64,000 nucleotides of DNA from Tubulanus polymorphus (taxonomy: Eukaryota > Animalia > Nemertea), in contig NC_134026.1 in the NCBI RefSeq assembly GCF_964204645.1, positions 16,898,150 through 16,962,149 on the forward strand, read 5' to 3'. The stretch's first letter is position 1. Every line of letters begins with the position of its first letter. The translations under genes and the position numbers were made by a program. The notes beneath the pieces are model-generated. The model had not been told where the DNA came from. It did no database searches and saw only the letters and a program-made list of their open reading frames with translations. Below are positions 25,126 through 38,800 of the stretch, piece by piece.

Positions 25126-27299
25126 ATTGCGTTTGATTAATCTGTCTCCGAAAGGGCTTGACCTTTTTTGGACCTTTACCCTTTGCAGAGAACTTCATGC
25201 CCGACTTCTGATTCGAAGTTAAGGCATTAGAACCATTTGCAGACCAGCCGGCCTGTCGATACTGGGCCGAGCGGCTAGCACTGTCCGGTACCGTAACCAA
25301 AACTGATTTCCCGGACGAAGACGCTGTAGGCTTGGTCGCGTCCTTTTTCTTAGGAATACGCCAAGGTCTTTTGCTGCGAATCCTTCAGCCTTTGGGCCTG
25401 TTGAGTTGCCGGCCCACACCAACCCAAAAACAAACGACTTGACCGCCCCAACGGGGCCCTATATAAGTTTTGTTTAATCGCATCTGGGAGTTTGGCATCC
25501 TTTAGCAAGGAGTGCCGAGCTATCAGGGCCAGATTAGCCTGTAACCTGACTGCCACCGGCACTTGATGGCAGATCGCTTTTGCTGATGACTGTAGGAGTC
25601 TGTCAATCCGAAACCATATCCAAATCTGGCGCCGACGAAGCCAATTGAGATTTTATCGCGGCCAGTTCCCCGTGCATCGCGAACAGAGCAATGTCTTGAA
25701 ATAAACCAATTTGGCAAATGCTTTCGCTTAAGGACTGCATAGCCGCCATTGCCTGTTTAGGCATGGCATAAGTGCTTGGTTGAGCCGTGGAAATGCCCAA
25801 CGTACCCACATCGGCATCGATAGCCGTGTTTGGCTTGAATGACGAACCTGGAGTCGCATAATAGGTAGGACGAAATCCGGTAATATGCGGGTCCGTACAC
25901 GAAAAGAACTTTAGTTGATACCGGATTCGAGAGGAGGCCACGACCAGTCCTGGGAGGAGCCAGGGGCTCCCCAGACCGTTGGGTCGAGCGAATCTTTGTA
26001 CTCCTCCAAGCAGGCTGGGTGTTGTGCTAACACCACCGCCGCGGGGTCCTCTGGTTGCTGGAAAATACTACATGCCAGCCCGCGTGGCTGCGTAGTTTTG
26101 GGCTTAGGGACCGTGCCCTTGTATTTGGAGAAGACGTTTCGAATGAGTTCGGAGAACGGCATCTCTCCAGCCGTCAAGACGTCCGTAGTCACTGAAGGAA
26201 CGGGCGAGGTTGCCCTTTTCGTCCGTAACGTCTCCGTAGACTGATTGGAAACGTCCAACAGGACGGATTTTTTGCCGGCTTGACGAGGGCCTGCCCCAGG
26301 ACGAGGCAACCGGGAAGTGCCATCCGCTGGGGCTTCCGAGTCGAAATCATTATTTTGATCAAGAACTAACTCTGGAGAGGAGTCGCGCTCTGAACCGAGG
26401 GGGGAACCGCGCGGATGACGGTCCGATTTTAGTGCTTGTGGCTCTTCATTGAAGGCCGACATTTGCGCTTGAATGGCTAGTAAGATGGCACTAACTTCGC
26501 CTGAAGGAGCCGACCTGAGGCTGGAATTAGGCTTCCTTCGGTGTCACACCGGAGACCGGGAACGTGACCGAGAGGTCGACGATACCGACGACATTCTTCT
26601 CCAGCGGTAGATCTCATTATCATTCCGGCATTGCGCGCGCGAAACGGAGCTCCTACTCGGAGATCGAGAACGGTGTCTCTTACCGCCGTGCTTATCCGTT
26701 TCCCTACGGCGCTCTCATGGACGACGCTCACTGTGCGCACTAAACGAGCAATCCGCTGTAGACCCTTTGCGAGGTGACACAGAGATCGAGTATTCGCGTG
26801 CTTTGCGGACCTTGACCGGGGTCCGGGACCGGGTACTGGTACCTGAAGGTGAACGAGTTCCTGACCGGGACCGGGTTTTTGACCGAGACCGGACTTTCGA
26901 CCGGGAGTGACCGGATGACCGGGCTCGTGACCGGAGACCGAGTTCTTGAATGCGACCGGGACCGGGAAATCAGACGTGACCGGGTCGGTTGGCGCGATTG
27001 AGATCCCGTGGAGACGGAATCCGCCGGGACGGAACCAAGAAACGATTGACGTATTGTCAGCGCTACTATTCGACTTCTCTTTCCGAGAAGCGTAGGAGCG
27101 AGACTTGCCGTTTCCAGGTCGCTTCGTCCCACTCCAGACATGTTGCACACATCTGAGCCCTAGAACACGGAGCTCCGTGTAAGGTCGCCCGGCATTTCTG
27201 GCACGTGGGGTGCGAATCCCACTGCCCGAAAAACCTGGTGCAACTCACACCAGAACAGCGTTTTTGCCCCTTAGGGGCGGAAAAACCACTGTCCGCCAT
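25126..27299 (-). pseudogene. DIRS B gag-like ORF (frameshifted)
   Basis: MADSG... followed by a Cys/His cluster (C..C...DSHPTCQKCR...CS....CATC..W), Arg/Ser-rich repeats, then ANLALIARHSLL...APL....LF, spread over several frames. Confidence 0.8.
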
Positions 27300-28870
27300 T
27301 ATCTGAAAGAAAATACCAAACAACTCTCCTGACGGAGGATATGTAATATTGGTGACAAAATATATTTGAAAATACACTCTCGAAAGAGAAAAATATACTA
27401 CTGTAGAATGAAGATATTTATTATAGAATCGCAACGATAACCGGAAGAAATTTAAAAAAAAAATACCGACCGAATCGACGACGAAGGAATTCAACCGGAG
27501 AGGAGAGCACGTGCGACCCCACCGAGAATCGACGAATCTAAATCAATGGATTCGATCCCCCAACCGACCGATCGCGACCAATATCGACAATCTTCCGCTT
27601 CTCTGTTCGATTAGCGACTGATAATCATATATTTATGACCAGATGGGCGTTAAAAGACCGATAAATTAAACCGATTTTCCGACCAAACAATTCAACCGAC
27701 CGAACCGACACCAGCGTAAAAAGATGGTGGATCTCCCGTTGAGGGCGCCACTATACGGGTTCTCAAAGTCATTATTTCTGGCGTTATTTCCGGCCAAGCT
27801 AGCGTTGGCTATGTATGTTTTTACAGGGAACGTATTAAAGGGAATACTAACTTTGCGTAAATTTTCGCCAATTTTCCGTGAGTGCTATACACAAATAGTC
27901 GGTTTTCCTCAATGATTTTGAGTGATTTGTGTAATAATGTGCTGAAATTGAAGAAAAACACAGTTTTATTGTTAAATCCTATCATGTATATTACATTTCA
28001 TTAACTATCGTTTTTGTATTTTGTAAGTAATGTTTGTAAGTAATATTGTACATAATATAAAATGTTACGAACAGCCTGTCAGCTTTATTTCAATACACGG
28101 ATAATTATCATTTGAACTTACTCATAGTATTTCTTTTCCTTCTGGAAACTTTCATCGTTGATTAGTGGCGATTCCAACTCTACATAAATAAAAAATATTT
28201 GTTTAAAATAGTGACTTTTATGTTGTTTTTCTGAAAGGATTAAAACAGACTACTTTCATTCAGCCCTCTTCAATAATAGGCTTTTTATGCTCAGTTAGGA
28301 AGCATCATAACCTACCTTTATCGTCATTGGCAGAAAATAGGTTGAATTGTTCTTTGTAATAATTTTTTTCTATCATTTGAAGCTCTATGAGGTCTTCCTC
28401 ATCGAATTCTGTGTCAGAAATTTCTGCATCGCTACAATAGCCTGCCGCCATTTTCTATTATAACCGGTAACTATCAACATACGGAAATTACCGAGTGTTG
28501 ACGGAGATTACCGAGTGAACATAACCTCGCACATATCGTATTATGTAATTAGCTCTTCCAAGTTACGGTGGCATCGCTGATACAATCAAAGACAGCTGAC
28601 TCGTTCATACTCCATTCACTCCCACCTCCCTGTTTGGAGTAAGGGCATTGCTTGAAAAATCTTTTTAATTTGTGTTTTTAAAGTTCCACAAGTTTATATT
28701 ATATTTTATCTTTTTTAAAGTATTATTTTGTAGTCAAATAAGACCAAAGATATACATTGGGTAACGGTCCACGTCCAAAAGTTTGTAGGGTACAGGTAGG
28801 CGTGGCAAGGAAATTATTTTATATTTTCAAAAAAAATATGTTTCACAATATGAAAAAAATATTCAAATAA

Positions 28871-29412
28871 GGCCATCCCAAAATAATTGACTGTTTGCCG
28901 TAACACCGACTCAACTTTTCAGGATGAGTCGGTATGTAAGAAAAAAACAAATTTATCACCTTTTTATATGGAAACAATATCGCAAAAATCATCTACGTTG
29001 TGCACGGGAAATTTGTCTAATAGCGTAGATTTCGAGAATTATTCTAAAATTATAACTTCGTTCAGGGCGTCATCTTTGTGTTAAAAATGAAACAGTACAT
29101 TGAATATGTGCGCGGTTTTACGTTACCAGCTTTGATATAGTCACTATGAGAATGAATGGCAGCTTATTGGAACACTGCCAGTTTCCTGGAAAACTTAAAT
29201 TAGGCCACATTGACAAGGCATGTTTTCACATAATGCACACTTGAATTCAAACATATATAATACGTAGCTCATACGTAGGCAGGGGGTCGGTCGGCCGTTT
29301 TTATCAAAAATAAAATTTATTTCAATGAATCCCAGAAAAAAAGTTTTCACTCGGTACCTTTGAAGTCGGGTCGGTCGGGTTACGGCAAACAGACCATTAA
29401 TATGGGATGGCC
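28871..29412. mobile_element. PIF/Harbinger-type MITE
   Basis: TAA|GGCCATCCCA...CTGTTTGCCGTAAC ... GTTACGGCAAACAG...TGGGATGGCC|TAA: 3-bp TAA TSD. Confidence 0.85.
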
Positions 29413-31523
29413 TAAAATTCATATGATGTCACATATCAGAGGGTGGCTGAATATTGGGTCATGGAAACCTCTTCCAATGTTGGCCGCGGAAGTTAAAATG
29501 CCGGTACAGAAGAAATCGGTTATTAGATCGTTTTAAATCCTGGAATTTACGGCTACAATATTCAGACCTCGACCTATACTTTTAGTTTGCTGTTTGCTGC
29601 TTAATATTTTCAGTTCACAAGAAATTACAATTTATTATAAATTCTATCAAACAGAAAACACAGCGCTCATCTTCTGCTACGATTATTCAGCCTATTTTCA
29701 TGTCAAACGTGCACGCGTTGCAGCATCACCTTGAGTAGTGTACTGTACGAGCTTGTGTGTGTGTCGTGTAGCATTCTGCGCGCACAGGTGGAGGCCTCAT
29801 GTAAGTGAATGTTTGCTTACAGTTCAATGTCGATCAAAACAATCACCGGGTATTAAAATGAAACAATACCTATGGCGGATGTGTGAAATAATTACATCCT
29901 CACCAGCAATGAGCATTTAAAATTCGCACGTATAGACACCTAGTCCAATGAAACGTACGCCATTCTATGGCTTTCCCATAATTATTTTAGTAGCGCCGGA
30001 ATTCCCCGTATATCCCAAAAACAGCCAATCCCATTCGCTCGTAGAGCCAACGCCCCCAAATCGAGGTCATTGCAATTTTATACGCGAGAGCTAAGAATTT
30101 TCCCGCCAAAAACAGTTTTTCGTAGAATTTTAACTCAGTTGACCATGTACATCAACGGAGGTTCGCCATGTCTTCAATGGCATCGATTATACGTTGTTTA
30201 AGTCGAGAACCAATGAAACAAATGCTCACATAAAAAAACGTACCGCGATTTTACTTGAATTGGCTCAATGCCAACCTCATATTGCTGACAAAGGTAAACC
30301 AAAAAATCAGATCCCCAAAAAGTGTCCCACCCGTTTTACTGACATTTTTTCGCGATAGTCAAATGCATTGGAAGCTTGATGGCATCAGCAAGTGAAAGCA
30401 AAAGCGAACCATAGGTTCGCTAAAAATTAACAATAGTTTCTAATGAATTTAAAAGCGAACCAAAGAATTCAACACCAGGCCGCAACAAGATGTAAGACTG
30501 AAATGTAAAATCTGTTCATCGGACCGAAGCAGCAGTCTACTTTCCTAATGCGCAGAGGATACATTGATCAATCTGCATCAGCATATCTTCCAGCAATGCA
30601 CCTGGCATCGCACCATACGGATACCCGCCCAAATCATAGTCACCGTGACAGGCTATCACCTCTATGTAGATCCTAGCATCATGAAGTTAAGCAAGCAAGA
30701 CACAGAGGTCCTCAAGACAATAGCCATGTGGAGGCAGGATCGTTGCGAGCAAGCCGCACCAAAAGCACGGATCGAATTCAATTACATAGTACCGGTACAC
30801 AATATTGGTCCACCTGTACAGTGTTTTTCATCTTCATATCGAAACAAACATTTTTTTGGTTAAGATAACCACTGGTGTGTGCGTAATCAATTTTAGTTCA
30901 AATATTTTCAAACCAAACCAATCTTTTTACGAATATATTATCTTTTATCTAAAGATTAAGGGCTTTGTTGATTTAGGCGAGCTACACGTGTTACTAAAAC
31001 TAGGGCGCTATCATCACAGCTCCGCAATAAAGTAAAGGTATAAATATTTGCAAACTACACCGCACATCAACGTGGAATTTTCAGCACAGTACAAGTTGCT
31101 TATTATCATCTTTCTCTGAACTTAAGTTGAGTAAATTGGATGCCAATGATTAATTTCGTATAGTTCTTTAGTATTAGTCACGTGCTACATAATAAACCAG
31201 TTTTCTGAACACAAATCCTAGCTGCTTACGCGCATAGGAAGTGCAGGTTTTATGTCCTTGTCCAGGCCTCATTTCAAAACCATTTATACGTTGTTAAAAT
31301 TTCATCAAAAATGTTTCTAGGCCTATGATTCAACCATTTGCAGTACACCTCAACAGGAATGAATAACTTTTTTTAGAAAGGCCGATCACTGCAGCCATAT
31401 TGGTGCGCAGAGTGAAGGGATATCCTGATATCAAGCCCAGGCTGGAAAAATTATTATTTTACAGAAGCTATTTTTTCCCCAATTTCTTCTTTCAGAAATT
31501 AATTCATTTTTTCTTTCAACAAA

Positions 31524-33278
31524 CTCCCCTTACAAAAAATTCACAAATGTTATGTTTGTGAAAAACACACATCACGTGTGTGAAAGGTGTGAAAGACAAA
31601 AAAATACATGTGATCCCAGCCATGTGATCTGTGTTGTGGAGCACATCACATGTGTGAATAGTACATGATCACATGTGGGATTCTGACATACATGTGTGAT
31701 TTAGTGTTATTCACACATGGCTCAACAACACAGATCACATGTGTGACCGCTCAGTAGGGATCACACATAGAATAACACATGTGATTAACATCAGTTAGTC
31801 CAATCTGCAATACGTGTGATTGTACATGTGATCACTTTGGAAATTAGTCCAATCTGCAATACGTGTGATTGTACATGTGATCACTTTGGAAACGAACTAT
31901 TCCCATGTTGGTCCAAATTCTGGTCATCTTCATTTTTCCGGAATACATTTTGGAATAAGAATATTACCATAACTGTACTCATTATTTCAACATAAAACAT
32001 GTGGTTCTATCGATTTGTATACCGCACCGTATTGTGCAAGTACAAATGTCCATTCAACCTATAGAGTTTGTATTTTCATTAAAAGAAAAGACAAGGTTAT
32101 TATATGTTTTTGCATTTGCAAAAAAAAAATAAAAATATTCAAAAAGGACTTCGAAAAATTATCAGGTATTTACGGGATTCGAACCGTTTTCGATGGCTAG
32201 CAAAAAACTGGGAATGAGCATGCAGGCATGCACGGGGCCATTCGCAATTATTTCCAGTCGTTGCTGTTTTTAATCAGTTTTCATGGTTAATATCTTAGTT
32301 CGAACAGTCTGATGTTTGGATTCAATCTCCAAGGCATGTATTATTATGTTCCATCAAATATTTATAGTCGACGATATTAATTGAATGTACTGTAATCGAT
32401 AAAATCTGTGGCGTGTACCGAATCAATTAAATCAAATTCATGCAAACTTTGTTTCATTCATGATTGATGAATTGTATTTTAAGTATTTTATGATTGATGC
32501 ATTGCAAAGTACAACATGTCCATTCCTAGCTTTTTCAAAGGTTAAATAATAAATAGGCCTAGATTACACCATGAACTCTTTTTAAATCACAATCTGTCCA
32601 GTCGTGAAAAAGAGGCTCGTTTGCATACTACTATTTACTTCTAATGATTTCTTAACATTGAACTGAATGATCAGCTGGTATTGCACGGTACCGGTATTTG
32701 CCAATTCTTTCTACATTTGAATTAATTACTTACCAATGAAAATGAAATTTTCGATTATTAAGTCAGTACATTTCCTCATGTTTACATATAGTGAAAAATG
32801 AAACGTATACTTTCAGCCAGAACAAATTACTGAAAATGAGGTTTTCAGTCCAGTTATGACATAGAGTCTTTGCTTTTTAAAACAGATATTTTTCAATCAG
32901 ATTTTCGCAAAAAAGCTCATATAAATTTTAACTAGGCCCTCTTTCAAAATTCAGCTTCATAGGGGTTGGAGAATAGATAATGCTCTAATCAATGATTTGA
33001 ATATGTGCTCAGTTGCACAGTCAAAGAGCCTTTACTCTGGAAACCATGTCATTTAAATTCGCTCCATTTGTATAGTAATAGGCTCAGCCTACGGCTGGCC
33101 TAAAAATCACACGCGTGATACAGCCCTAAATGTGAATCACATGTGTGATTCGCATGTGTAAAAATGGGACAAAATCACACGTGTGATTCACATACAGGGC
33201 TGTATCACACGTGTGACATTAAAATCACACGTGTGATAGAGCCCTGAATGCGAATCACATGTGTGATTGTAAGGGGAG
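31524..33278. mobile_element. Probable non-autonomous DNA transposon with CACATGTG-rich subterminal arrays (CMC/EnSpm-like?)
   Basis: 12-bp IR CTCCCCTTACAA/TTGTAAGGGGAG. Dense (T)CACA(C/T)GTG(TG)A motifs at 31560-31890 and 33105-33270, and a 49-bp tandem duplicate at 31795-31892. Confidence 0.55.
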
Positions 33279-33364
33279 AGGGCAACAAATTTTGGACAGA
33301 CTGAGCAAGTAACATAGCTAACTTGAGTCAAATAACAGAGAAAACTGGGAAAATGAACTGCAAC

Positions 33365-34650
33365 AACTAGGGGTCCAGGGACACCATGCCCACTTGGGAG
33401 ATGGTTTCAAATGCTCAACAATCTAACAATTTCAACATTCAACACCCCCTGGTGACCATTTACAAAATCCAATGACCTTGAAACTCACCACAATCATAGA
33501 ACCTGTCAGCAGCTACGATTTTGTAATTGATTGTGATAACAAAATATGCCTCGTTACCAATTTAATATGGAAATACTAAGTCATTCTACTATTCAACGCC
33601 CCCTGGTGACCATATTCAAAACCCAATGACCTCGAAACTCACCACAATCATAGAACATGTCATGAACTACAACTTTGCAATTGATCATGGTAACAAAATA
33701 TGCCTAGGTACCAATATAATAAGGAAATACTAAGTTATTCTACTATTCAACGCCCCCTGGTGACCATATAGATAAACTTATGTCCTTAAAACTCGCAACA
33801 ATCATAGATGATGTCATGAGCTACAACTTTGCAATTGATTGTGGTTACAAAATATGCATAGGTACGAATATAATAAAGAAATGCTAAGATATTGTATTAT
33901 TCAACGCCCCCTGGTGGCCATATACAAAATCCAATTACCATGAAACTCACCACAATCATAGAACACGTTATGAGCTACAACTTTCTAATTGATTGTGGTA
34001 GCAAAATATGCTTAGGTATCAATGTTATGTGGAAAAACTTTTTCCCACTTACGAATGAGTACTGGTGACACCAAGATGGCCGCCAATTGCGTCATAATTG
34101 GCAGATGAAAAATACCTGTCTCAGGTATAAAACATCCCTTTCCAAAGAGTACCCATCACAAATTGCAATGAGAAATGATAAACCAGTAGGAAGCTACAGG
34201 ACTCAGAATTTGGGCCAAAATTAACATTTTTGGGCACTAAAAAGGTCATAGGACGGCCATCTTGAGTCCGATCGACCCAATTTTTGTTATGTTGATGGGC
34301 CCTGGGGAGATTCACATATATCCGAAAGATCAAGGTAATTGATCTAAGCGTCTTCAAAATTTCCCTCAAAAAGTTCAAAAATGTGTAAAAAGTGCTGATT
34401 TTGGCGAACAACAATGGCTGCCAGTCGGCCATCTTGATTCTGACAGGGGCAGTTTTTGGGCTGAAGATGTGTCTAGGGTAGATACATGTGTAAGCCAAAT
34501 ATCAAGACGTTACCTTGAAGCGTCTTCAAAACTTCCCAAAATAACTGGATTCCGTCTACGGACGCACGGACGGACGAACGGACCGACGGACGACGGACGA
34601 AAAGTGAACGCAATAGCCCGCTGGGACTAAAGTCCCAAGTGGGCTAAAAA
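33365..34650 (-). mobile_element. Helentron/HINE (DINE-1/pearl-like) non-autonomous element, family 1, with 154-bp internal tandem repeats
   Basis: The minus strand begins TTTTAGCCCACTTGGGACTTTAGTCCCAGCGGGCTA (hairpin) plus (CGTC)n and ends ...GGACCCCTAGTT. Monomers start at 33438, 33592, 33746 and 33900. Confidence 0.8.
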
Positions 34651-34953
34651 ATGCCTAGGTACCGACATAATATGGAAATAATGAGTTATTCCGCTATTCA
34701 ATGAATGGACAAAATGTGAATGCAAGTCCAAAGGAGTCCAAAAGTAGGCTAAAAATCAGAGGAAAAACAACAGGATGTTCTGCCGAAATAGTCTGAAAAC
34801 GAACTGACAAAAAGTGAATGCAATAGCCCGCTGGGACTAAAGTCCAAAGTGGGCTAAAAATTAGAGGAAAAACAACAGGAGCAGAGCCTTAATCTTAAAC
34901 ATTCAAGGCCAATGATTTGCACTTGATTTCAAGTTAAGGATCATTCTACCAAC

Positions 34954-35209
34954 CTGAGTAATAAATATTGAAGTATAGTACAGGTACTGAGTAACTATTG
35001 CTGAAAAGTACATGATATTCGTATGTCAAAAGTTCAGAATCCTTGGACTCTGATGATGTCAATTCCGCAGTGTCCTTCACATCTAAGTCAAAGTATGAAT
35101 CCTTTCTGCCAGCTTTGGAAGTCAGCTGCTTGTCACTTTCAAATGTAGATTTCTCCTTAGTTGTACATTCACTAACATATCTTAATGATATGTATGACTG
35201 GAAATAACC
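34954..35209 (-). CDS. ATG10: ATG10 coding exon 2
   Basis: ttttcag|GYFQSY...YEYHVLFSNSYSVPVLYFNIYYS-G|gttggt; 256 nt. EYHV..S.SY.VPVLYF is the ATG10/ATG3 signature. Confidence 0.94.
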
Positions 35210-35462
35210 CTGAAAATAAAAGGCCATATGTGCTATTAAAAAAATTCAATAAAACTTGTACATAATCACATGTCAAGCTTTGAGGAAAACTTGATCAATC
35301 GAGTAGAGGTCCTTGGATGCCATTCCCAATTGGGAATTTGTCTGACCACTTATAATCAGTCCATGGTTAACAAAGAACCTATAGAAATCAATGACGTTGT
35401 AAGTTGATGCAATGGCAGAGCATGCCATGATCTTTGCAAATTATTTTTTTGCTTATGAAATA

Positions 35463-35845
35463 CAGTTGACTACGCTTATATCCGAGGCTTATATCTGCCG
35501 GGACTGGCAAAACCCATACAATATAAGTCTAATAGGGCATAAGGATGTGATAGAGCAAAAAAACTTCAACATGGTATTATGATTCAAGCGGCAGCTAATT
35601 TCTCTTCGCACCAAGTTAATTTTTGGAGGTAAAAAATATACCAAAAATAAGCTTTCCTTTGACGGAATTTGCTTTTAGTTTGTATATCATTGTCAAACAA
35701 GCTATGTAGGATTGATACAGAATGTTTTATTGCGGTCTAATTTCTTAATTCTTTAACAATTTCATCAAAAACCCCAACTTGAATTCCGCTTTACTTGATG
35801 GTTTTATTCTGGTCCCAATGAATTCGAGTTGAGCAGAGTCTACTG
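35463..35845. mobile_element. Old Tc1/mariner (Tigger-like) MITE
   Basis: TA|CAGTTGACTACGCTTA ... TGAGCAGAGTCTACTG|TA, diverged TIRs. Confidence 0.55.
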
Positions 35846-35862
35846 TATTTAACAGCCTTGTC

Positions 35863-38800
35863 ATTAGGGCTTTCTGTTATTTCACAGAAAACCCTATTGA
35901 TATCCGCGTGATTATTATTAGGGTTTCTGCTGCTTTGGCAGAAACCCTATTGGATTCCTCCTGATTATTATTTTAACATATTTTCCACTAAATTTCGTCA
36001 CAAAAAAATCATCTATTAGATTTGACTAGTAACAACTTTGAAACGAAATGTTAAACTCTGATAATAATATAACAGTCTCTTGCTGCGCGTAGTTTCTATG
36101 GATGTACTTCCTATTTTAAACTTGAAGTTACTTAAAGATAACACCGGTGGAAATAGCAATCATCAATCATGGCGCGCATACTGACGTACTGGCGCGAATT
36201 TGAAAGTTTGTGACGTCATTTCATAAATTAAAAAAGAAGGAAGGCTCCGAGAATATCCAAATCACAGGTTACTGTGAATAACTGGGGTTCGACCATTCAC
36301 AAGTTAAAAATGTACTTCCTTGTTTATGATGTAAGTTTATTCATACTGTTATTAAAAGCAGTTCCTTTTAAACATTCTATAATAGTTTAGTTTTGTTTGT
36401 GGATATCAATACTTCGAATAATCAACAGCGGTTTATTTATTTATTGTACCGGTTCGCGTTTTCTTAATTGAATTGAATTGGTCCGGTCCAAAAGGCGGGT
36501 CATACTAGTTAGCGTCAGAAAATGTCAGCGTCGGTGATACCTTGTTATCGTCGATATTAAACGGTCTAAAGTCAGTTTATACATCATAAATTGGAGGTCC
36601 CTTGTACATGTACATCACATCGTGACGAAGCGGCGATGGTAATGTCATAGAAGAACAAAGTCAGTTGAAAATACCTACCCACTGCACCGATAAAGAATGA
36701 TTGCTAGCCAGAGACCAGTGACAGTCAGTAATGGGGAGTGATGGTACCGTTCGTGATTATGTTTTTATAATGGTCATTGGACGTCATTTTCATATGTGAA
36801 TTGTAGTCCCCATCTGATCGCTTGACTTGTCAGACTGACTTGTCACTCCTCTACTAATAGTAACACTAAGGCCTTCCCTCCTGCATAGTTTACCCTATAG
36901 GCCAGATTTGTGCTTTGGGCCAAATTCGGTTTTCTTATCTAGTCGACTTTTTGTCGGAACTATAACCGAATATGCGCTTAAACTATCACTAGGGAATGGT
37001 AAAAACACCGTAGCTTCGTTCTTCTCGATGTTATTTCCCCCAAAACCTGGCGCATTAGTACTTTGCGCGTAGTAGCACATGCGCGTATAGCACATGTGGG
37101 TCAACATATCCATGTTGTGAGTTGACCCCTAGGTGGCACTCTTTAAAAAAAACGGAATGTAGTGAACTGATTTCGGGTGAAATCTTTGCTCGCATCCCTG
37201 AACGACATTCTATCCAGAAAGGCAGAAACCCGTTATCGCTGCTTGCAGCTATATTTAGGGTTTTCTGTTATTTCACAGAAAACCCTATTGATATCCGCGT
37301 GATTATTAGGGTTTTCTGTTATTTCACAGAAAACCCTATTGATATCCGCGTGATTATTATTATTATTATTTTCTTCCACACTATTTTAACCAAAAGAACA
37401 TAGGCTTTGTTACCTTACCGCTGTTTCATATACAATCCATATAATATCGTTCAGCTCACTGAGATCTACAAATAGCCCGCGTGTTTTTTCACGAATCATC
37501 GTTACAAAAGCGCTGTCGGGCTGTAAACATCGAAAATTTAGCCCCATTCAATGGGGCGACATGTTTTTCGAGTCGTCATCCCGAAATCAACCCGCAGGCC
37601 GACTGTCACTTCGATTATCAATCCAAGTATAAATGAACTAATTTATAGCCGCAGACTTCACATTCAGTCGCGGTCTTCAAACAGTGATTTTAACAATAGC
37701 CCATTTTCCTCATCAAATCATATTACCGATACACTGGAAATTTACTACTTTAGATTTTAAAAGCACCTTCGAGCCGTAAACATCGACGAATCGACGTGTT
37801 ACTGCATTGTCGTTCCGGGGATGAGCTGCGAGTTTCTCCTCATCATGAGAATCAAATTGAGTACAAATTAATTTATTACTACCAGTGATTTGGCTACGGG
37901 TTTCAAGCAGTTAGTTTAACAATACCTATTTTTCTTTACCGAATTAACCGTGTATTTACTAAGATAAATCTTTAGTGTACCGGGGAATCATAGGCCTAAA
38001 CTAAACAGGCCGAAGAGATATGGCGGAGAAAAGCTGTTATGTCGACGAGGTATCAAAATAAAAGAATATATTACTTTATTCGGCCGCGGGCTTCAACCAT
38101 TTATCAATACTCTATATTTCCTACAGTACATACCGATCATTGTCAAATGCACAAGGTATTTACTAAATACAAGTATATAACACACTCCTATCCGTATCCT
38201 GGACTCACACTTAACATTCGGAGTAAGCGTTCGCTGTGGGGGAAAGGAGATCGTTCGCTGTGTCGCTTGAAGTGTTATCGAGTTTTACGCGACCTTAAGG
38301 CTTTAGTATGGTGGCTGATAAGATAAAAAACACGAATATGCAAATGAGGGCGACATTACGACAAAACTAAAATAACGCGAGAAAACAATGATTTTGATTT
38401 TGTCGCCCGTGACAATTCATTATTTTGGTTTTGTCACACGCGACAATTCAATATTATGGTTTTGTCGCCCGCGACAATTCATTATTTTACTTTTGTCGCC
38501 CGCGAAAATTCAATATTTTGGTTTTATCGCCCACGACAATTCACTACTTTGGTTTTATCGCCAGCGACAATTCATTATTTTGGTTTTGTCGCCCGCGACA
38601 ATTCTTCTTTTTGGTTTTGTCGCCCGCGACAATTCATTATTTTGGTTTTATATTTTGTTTTTGTCGCCCGCGACAATTTTTTTTTTTGGTTTTGTCGCCC
38701 GCGACAATTCAATATTTTGGTTTTATCGCCCGCGATAATTCATTATTTTGGTTTTGTCGCCCGAGACAATTCATTATTTTGGTTTTATCGCCGGCGACAA

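Larger units (their letters stand above)
17691..27846 (-). mobile_element. Full-length DIRS1-type retrotransposon, copy B
   Basis: 114-bp ITRs (17733-17846 and 27714-27827, 4 mismatches). ICR at 17901-17999 matches both ends. gag, pol and YR are present, and there is no TSD. Confidence 0.95.
16812..28451 (-). pseudogene. Second, convergent transposon gene resembling the P-transposase C-terminal domain; exons 28451-28316, 28179-28122, then 27941-27847 + 17690-16812 (split by DIRS B; frameshift ~17540)
   Basis: aaaATGGCG start, acidic N-terminus and phase-compatible GT-AG introns. Removing DIRS B gives in-frame ...YAKLVLNEID.... Motifs LRYAAGYI, VDRGGL and YWIDIR are present. Confidence 0.78.
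14290..28632. mobile_element. Two-gene P-superfamily DNA transposon (defective, with nested DIRS and L2)
   Basis: Perfect 37-bp TIRs CAGGGAGGTGGGAGTGAATGGAGTATGAACGAGTCAG (14290-14326 and 28596-28632). 7-bp TSD TTTGGAG (14283-14289 and 28633-28639). P-type transposase motifs inside. Confidence 0.9.

Noticed and set aside
23261-26244. Short plus-strand ORFs antisense to DIRS B
   Set aside because: They are shadow ORFs of GC-rich, dual-coding retroelement sequence.
14290-28632. ProtoRAG/Transib (RAG1L-RAG2L) transposon
   Set aside because: The TIRs start CAGGGAG rather than an RSS-like CAC heptamer. The TSD is 7 bp not 5. The catalytic motifs are P-type and gene 2 has no kelch/PHD features.
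30564-30863. 99-aa ORF or hidden exon
   Set aside because: No recognisable motif in the frames I read and no convincing splice partner.
32160-32200. tRNA/SINE from a GGGATTCGAACC B-box-like motif (similar at ~42830 and ~57520)
   Set aside because: No cloverleaf or A-box could be built.
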